Below are positions 59,624-64,000 of a DNA stretch of 64,000 nucleotides, piece after piece. Origin of the DNA: a virus; IMG/VR virus record IMGVR_UViG_3300012346_000329, positions 10,008 to 74,007 of that record, one strand, 5' to 3'. Within the stretch, counting starts at the first letter, position 1. Every line of letters starts with the position of its first letter. Made by a program: the position numbers and the translations under genes. The notes under the pieces are model-generated. The model saw only the letters and a program-made list of their open reading frames with translations. It searched no databases and had not been told where the DNA came from.

Positions 59624-60324
59624 TATCTTCCTTCAGGTCTTTGAATATCTCTTGAATTATTTTGAACATCTTCACTTCTTTGACCAAATACTCCAATAAT
59701 TTCTTGTACACAAATATCAATTAAAGGTTCTATTAAGTCTCCATCAATATCAAATTCATGGTCATAAGCTGGAATACAATCTGTACAATCTTGGCAATCA
59801 TCACATAAAGAAGGGTAATGCTTAGCTTCTAAAGGATCTTCAGCTAATAGTTTTATCTTAACTACACCTGGAGATTTTTTTAATGGAAAATAGAAATACC
59901 CATTTTCAAAAAGGTATTTAGGCTTAGTTCCAGTATACTTGTTTCCTTTTAGATAAAGAACCCCTTGTCTTGATACCTCTTCTATTCTTTGACCATTTTC
60001 TACAGTCATTACATATTCTACATAATGTCTATTAGAATCTGTCAATACTCTTGGAACTTTAAACTTAGTTCTATAAACATCACAGCCTAAGTCTCCAAGG
60101 CAGGAACATTCATGGTTAGGCACTTTAATAAGTTCTACACAAGGTAGAACAGAATAGTTCCAATCACTTACTCTTTGTTTCTTTTTTAATTGTTGAGAAA
60201 TAAGTTGCATTCTCACAGTAAGAATCTTATTATAGACATGTCTGTCTGATAACCTAGACTCATCACTAGATACCCCTTTAGAATAAAGAGATTGGATTCT
60301 TTCTATGACTTCTTTTATATACAT
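59623..60324 (-). CDS. Conserved crAss-like structural (ring-type) protein
   Basis: LSDRHVYNKI...CVELIKV...YRTKFKVP pattern, plus synteny. Confidence 0.5.
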   Translation of the reverse strand: MYIKEVIERIQSLYSKGVSSDESRLSDRHVYNKILTVRMQLISQQLKKKQRVSDWNYSVLPCVELIKVPNHECSCLGDLGCDVYRTKFKVPRVLTDSNRHYVEYVMTVENGQRIEEVSRQGVLYLKGNKYTGTKPKYLFENGYFYFPLKKSPGVVKIKLLAEDPLEAKHYPSLCDDCQDCTDCIPAYDHEFDIDGDLIEPLIDICVQEIIGVFGQRSEDVQNNSRDIQRPEGR

Positions 60325-60325
60325 C

Positions 60326-60691
60326 TTATACTATTTCAAAAATAATGTTGTGTTCTTTTTTTACTATTTCTATAAGACCAGAATAAGCCTGCACTTCTTC
60401 TGCTGTCAAATTTTTAAGAACTTCTTTAGGAAATTCTCCTTCTTTAACAAAATCAGTACTTTTCTTAACTGTCCAATTTGTGTATTGCTTTACTAATTTA
60501 GAAGCCACAGTTAATTTACCTTCAGGTACTACTACTAAGTTTAAAGTTACACTTACTACATCTTCTGCTAAAGTAGTTTCCACTTTAACTGCAGGTTTAG
60601 TAGTTAGTTGTTTGCTTTCTTTTTTAAAAAAAGTATTAAAAGAGATATCTCCTAATGTCTTTTTTAATCTTTTAAGTTGACCTGTATTCAT
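60326..60691 (-). CDS. Hypothetical protein
   Basis: 121-aa ORF in the operon. Confidence 0.6.
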   Translation of the reverse strand: MNTGQLKRLKKTLGDISFNTFFKKESKQLTTKPAVKVETTLAEDVVSVTLNLVVVPEGKLTVASKLVKQYTNWTVKKSTDFVKEGEFPKEVLKNLTAEEVQAYSGLIEIVKKEHNIIFEIV

Positions 60692-60694
60692 GTC

Positions 60695-61399
60695 TTAATT
60701 TTTTAAAGTTTGTTTTAATATGTCAGTAACATCCTCAGTATTAAATAACTGATAGTTGCCATCTAAACCTAACCATATAATAACTCTTTTACTTACTTTA
60801 ACTCCTACTTGTTCAAGTAGTAATTGATAGTAAGATAGTTGAATTACATAATGATTTAAAGGATGGTCTAAGAAAGTTTCAAAAGGGGCCAACATAGTCT
60901 TACCTTGATAATTCTTAAACAAGTCTTTATTAGTCTTGTAATCAGCAATTATATATGATTGAGTTTTAGTATCAAAAAGAATGATATCTGCTGTACCTGC
61001 AAATAAGTGTTGAAAGTGGTACATTCTAAGCTCTGCAGCTACTGGTAAAATATGTTCTGGAACATCTTGCCAGAACTTTACAATAGCTTCTTCTTGAGGA
61101 CAAGAAGGTCTTAAGTTTCTATTGAACTGATAGATTTCTCCAAAGTTGTGTACTCTGTGTCCTCTATCTCTAGACTCTTGGTTAATCTGAGCCCATTGAG
61201 CTAGCATTTCTTCTGTACTTATCCCTGCTTTCTTAGCAGAGAAAGGGGCAACTTGCTGAGCATCAAAGTGCTCATAAAAATTAGAAATCAGTCCTGAAAC
61301 TGAAGTCTTTAAAGGTTCCCCTTTTACATAGTACTTATGTTTAGCCTCTTCAAACTCAAGACTATTAAAAGGTTCTTTTATTTTACTTAGTAATTCCAT
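60695..61399 (-). CDS. PD-(D/E)XK nuclease
   Basis: FAGTADII, IADYKTNK and YVIQLSYY. Confidence 0.82.
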   Translation of the reverse strand: MELLSKIKEPFNSLEFEEAKHKYYVKGEPLKTSVSGLISNFYEHFDAQQVAPFSAKKAGISTEEMLAQWAQINQESRDRGHRVHNFGEIYQFNRNLRPSCPQEEAIVKFWQDVPEHILPVAAELRMYHFQHLFAGTADIILFDTKTQSYIIADYKTNKDLFKNYQGKTMLAPFETFLDHPLNHYVIQLSYYQLLLEQVGVKVSKRVIIWLGLDGNYQLFNTEDVTDILKQTLKN

Positions 61400-61403
61400 A
61401 CTA

Positions 61404-61411
61404 CAAATGTA
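61404..61411 (-). promoter_or_regulatory. Bacteroidota -7 element
   Basis: The minus strand reads TACATTTG, just upstream of the ATG at 61399. Confidence 0.45.
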
Positions 61412-61452
61412 TAAAATTAATTTGTAAAATGATGAGAGTTAAATAGTTTGTT

Positions 61453-62037
61453 TTATTTTTTAGTCTCAGAAATCATCTTCTTTACTCCTCTTACCACAGC
61501 ATTAAATTTCTTAACTACATCAAATCCCATATCTTTAAAGTTTTCAAATATAATAGACCATAACTCTATAATACAACAGAACCCAATACAGATTAAAGTA
61601 ATAGTCAATTCTTTATCACTTATACTAGAAATTGAAACTGTCTTTAAAAAGAAAACACTTTCCATTATCCAACATCCTAAGATAGAGATAATGTAAGTGG
61701 AAAGCTTTACTAAAGAAAGTTTTAGTTTTTCTGAAGAGATTAAATCTTTGTCTTTTAAACTTGGATCAAGTTTTTCAGCTTCTCTTTTTCTAAAATAAGA
61801 AGCTATAATTCCGGTTATAAAATCTACAACTAAAAAAAAGAATAAAGCTGCTAAAGCTTTTTGAACTGGGGATAACACAATTAAAGTCATTAACCCTGCA
61901 CTTGTAGTTACTCCTGCAGTACTGTGGGACATTGTTTTTAAAGATACTCCCATCTTAAGAAAGTATTTACTGTAGAGTGCAATTAATGACATGATGCATT
62001 TTTTTAAAGTTAGAATAAAAAATGAAATAGTTTTCAT
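61453..62037 (-). CDS. Phage holin (holin_4-like)
   Basis: VVDFITGIIAS...SSEKLKLSLVKL...IIELWSIIFENF, with several transmembrane helices. The start is uncertain (62037, 61992 or 61953). Confidence 0.75.
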   Translation of the reverse strand: MKTISFFILTLKKCIMSLIALYSKYFLKMGVSLKTMSHSTAGVTTSAGLMTLIVLSPVQKALAALFFFLVVDFITGIIASYFRKREAEKLDPSLKDKDLISSEKLKLSLVKLSTYIISILGCWIMESVFFLKTVSISSISDKELTITLICIGFCCIIELWSIIFENFKDMGFDVVKKFNAVVRGVKKMISETKK

Positions 62038-62050
62038 AAAAAATGATTTA

Positions 62051-62058
62051 CAAAATTA
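62051..62058 (-). promoter_or_regulatory. Bacteroidota -7 element upstream of the holin
   Basis: The minus strand reads TAATTTTG. Confidence 0.4.
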
Positions 62059-62060
62059 AT

Positions 62061-62198
62061 CTATTTTCCTTGACCTCGATAAGCTTTTTTATAATTTTTA
62101 GAATTTTTTAAAGTAGAGGTTTTGCTCTTAGCATGAACTCCAGGTCTAGATACTTTAGGCTTAGGTTCAAAAGTTGTTGAGTTAGATTTAACTGCCAT
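62061..62198 (-). CDS. Small basic protein (45 aa; not in the ORF track)
   Basis: MAVKSNSTTFEPKPKVSRPGVHAKSKTSTLKNSKNYKKAYRGQGK. I recognise the RPGVHAK...YKKxYRGQG pattern from aquatic phage proteins. Confidence 0.75.
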   Translation of the reverse strand: MAVKSNSTTFEPKPKVSRPGVHAKSKTSTLKNSKNYKKAYRGQGK

Positions 62199-62209
62199 AA
62201 TGATTAAAT

Positions 62210-63337
62210 TTAAGAGTTAGCTATATAAGTTCCAGCAATATGAAAATTATCTGCTACATTTAATGTAATAGGAGAACTGTGGGTAAAAGATTCATCTTGT
62301 CCATTAGAAGCAGTGTAAGTTAAATATACCCTGTTTGCTCCTAATGCAACATGTCCACCAATAGCATATTGTTTACCACTTGAAAAATCATGTAAACACC
62401 CTTCTTTAAATTGATACCCATATTTTGCATTAAAAGGTAAATCTACATAATACTGACCTGTTCCAAAACTAGTTATGTTATCCATATCTACTTGAATTTG
62501 GAAATGTACTAGATTACCTATTTTAACATAAGAACCACTAAATAAAGGAGCTCCTGTAAATGTAGGTTGTGTTCCAGAAGTACCTCCTTCTATTTCATAA
62601 ACTACTTCTGTACTTGTAGCTTCAGAAATATCAGAAAGATAAGCTACTACTCCTGTTTTATCTTGAAAGCTAGCTGTTCTATTAGCAGTAAGAGTAGGAA
62701 TGCTTACATTGAAGTTATAAACTCCTTTATAAAACTGTATCCCTAATAGACTTATACTTGCCACATAAGCTCCTACTTTATCTTTAAAATAAAGAATAGA
62801 CTTATTTACAGAAAGATTAGCATAACCAAAAGGAGGTACAAAAGTATCCCATAGACCTATCTCTTTTACTTTAGGAGTCCTTGTAGGAGCTTCGTCTCCT
62901 TCTGCTAATACCTCATCTAAATTTTGAGAATCAGGAAAAGCTTCTGCTAATTCTTCTTGAGTCACAAAAGGACTAGAGCCATCTTCTCCATCATTAGTAA
63001 AATCAGAAGTAGAAGTAGGTTTATTTTTAATAAAAGGTCTTCCTGTGGATACATTCCAATCAGATTGCTCTTCTGCTAATTTAAAACCTGGACCAAGGTT
63101 TTCCCAATACTCAGTATAAGTCACAGGAAGTCCATTATTCTCTGCAAGGCATTTATAAATATTCCCTTCATACCAAACTAAAGTATCTGTAGTATAAGGA
63201 TTCCCTGTACTAACAGAATGGTTATAAGACCATTCTGTAGCTGACAAAGGAGTTTCTACATTACTTTTATTTAAGAGACATCTAACATTGTTATACAACC
63301 ATTGGATGTCTCTTTTTATTTTGATTATTTCTAACAT
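62210..63337 (-). CDS. Tail fibre/appendage-like protein
   Basis: Start MLEIIK at 63337 (TAATG overlap). Contains a CBM5/12-like module (LVWYEGNIYKCL...YW), QNLDEVLAEG and GSYVKIGNLVHFQI. Confidence 0.6.
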   Translation of the reverse strand: MLEIIKIKRDIQWLYNNVRCLLNKSNVETPLSATEWSYNHSVSTGNPYTTDTLVWYEGNIYKCLAENNGLPVTYTEYWENLGPGFKLAEEQSDWNVSTGRPFIKNKPTSTSDFTNDGEDGSSPFVTQEELAEAFPDSQNLDEVLAEGDEAPTRTPKVKEIGLWDTFVPPFGYANLSVNKSILYFKDKVGAYVASISLLGIQFYKGVYNFNVSIPTLTANRTASFQDKTGVVAYLSDISEATSTEVVYEIEGGTSGTQPTFTGAPLFSGSYVKIGNLVHFQIQVDMDNITSFGTGQYYVDLPFNAKYGYQFKEGCLHDFSSGKQYAIGGHVALGANRVYLTYTASNGQDESFTHSSPITLNVADNFHIAGTYIANS

Positions 63338-63999
63338 TATGCTACAATATTTAAAGTTTGAGATAACCACCCTAAAGCACCTTTTACAAACATTTTAGCT
63401 CCTCCTGGTTGATTAGGTGCAAATACTTGTTCTCCTACTCCTAAGTCTGGGAATAATGTATATAAATCAGAAGAAGTAAGAGTAGCAGTAGAAGCTGTAT
63501 AATAAAAGCTTTTTAAATAAGTACTAGATTCCCGAAGATTAACTTCACTATTAATACTAAAATAAGTATTTGGTAAAGCTTCCATATTCCAAAAAGCTTT
63601 TCCCCCTGCTGCAATATTTCCTAAGAAAGTAAATCTATAATTTACATTAGGATAAAGAAAATAACTACTGTCTCCATTATTAATTCCGTGAGTAGTAATA
63701 TATCCTGTAGAGGTAGGAGCTGAACTTGTTGTAGTAACTTCTGAGTTAGCTGTTACATATCCACCTGCACCAACCCCATTTGCAAAAATTGTAACCTCTT
63801 GTCCTATTTTAGTAGTATCAGGAAGAATCACAAAATCACCTTTGTCACTTGAAAAATTAACTATGTTATAATCTGCTGATAATACCTCTCCATTACTGTC
63901 ACAAATTACTTCAGCTACTGTTTTAGATACAGAACTTTCTACTCCATTTAATACCCAAGAAATAGAGTATTCTTCATCTGTAAGTAATTGTGTACTTTG
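63337..63999 (-). CDS. Structural protein, 5'-partial (frame is open to the window end)
   Basis: The frame continues upstream of the track start to base 63999 (QSTQLLTDEEYS...). Beta-rich and T/S/G-rich. Confidence 0.65.
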   Translation of the reverse strand, partial: QSTQLLTDEEYSISWVLNGVESSVSKTVAEVICDSNGEVLSADYNIVNFSSDKGDFVILPDTTKIGQEVTIFANGVGAGGYVTANSEVTTTSSAPTSTGYITTHGINNGDSSYFLYPNVNYRFTFLGNIAAGGKAFWNMEALPNTYFSINSEVNLRESSTYLKSFYYTASTATLTSSDLYTLFPDLGVGEQVFAPNQPGGAKMFVKGALGWLSQTLNIVA

Positions 64000-64000
64000 T

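Noticed and set aside
456-61696. Numerous short opposite-strand ORFs in the track (e.g. 456-719, 6937-7272, 20042-20365, 43305-44399, 54057-54272, 61448-61696)
   Set aside because: They lie fully antisense to well-supported genes and show no motifs or leaders, so they are shadow ORFs.
1-64000. Stop-codon reassignment (seen in some crAss-like phages)
   Set aside because: The standard code gives dense, full-length ORFs up to 4759 aa, and TAG and TGA both terminate genes normally.
1-64000. tRNA genes, CRISPR arrays, integrase, transposase
   Set aside because: Intergenic gaps are too short, and I saw no cloverleaf, repeat-spacer array or recombinase motif.

Overview
This 64 kb window is part of an AT-rich lytic dsDNA phage genome of the crAss-like lineage. 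The host is very probably a Bacteroidota member: TAnnTTTG promoter elements sit upstream of several genes, and leaders are A-rich with no Shine-Dalgarno sequence. Two gene blocks converge on a hairpin terminator at about 25.6 kb. The + strand block (1-25628) holds replication, recombination and nucleotide-metabolism genes: PolA, SF2 helicase, DnaB, an AAA ATPase split by a group I intron carrying a LAGLIDADG endonuclease, an SSB-like protein, primase, a degenerate UDG, two PD-(D/E)XK nucleases, ThyX, a spore-photoproduct-lyase-like radical SAM enzyme, GroES, DNA ligase and MazG-like proteins. The - strand block (25665-64000) holds virion genes: large ejection proteins including a 4759-aa virion RNA polymerase, tail muzzle and ring proteins, an IHF-like protein, a third PD-(D/E)XK nuclease, a holin and fibre proteins. 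The most notable element is a compact, apparently complete phage-encoded ubiquitin-like conjugation cassette at 10576-15403. It comprises a Ubl with an internal KSG|A processing site, an E2-like protein with His/Cys, a JAB/JAMM protease, a ThiF/E1 with a candidate catalytic Cys, and a coupled unknown ORF. Also striking is the near-total absence of CpG, with the few survivors concentrated in CCGG/CCG contexts. All family assignments come from motif recognition by eye; no searches were run.
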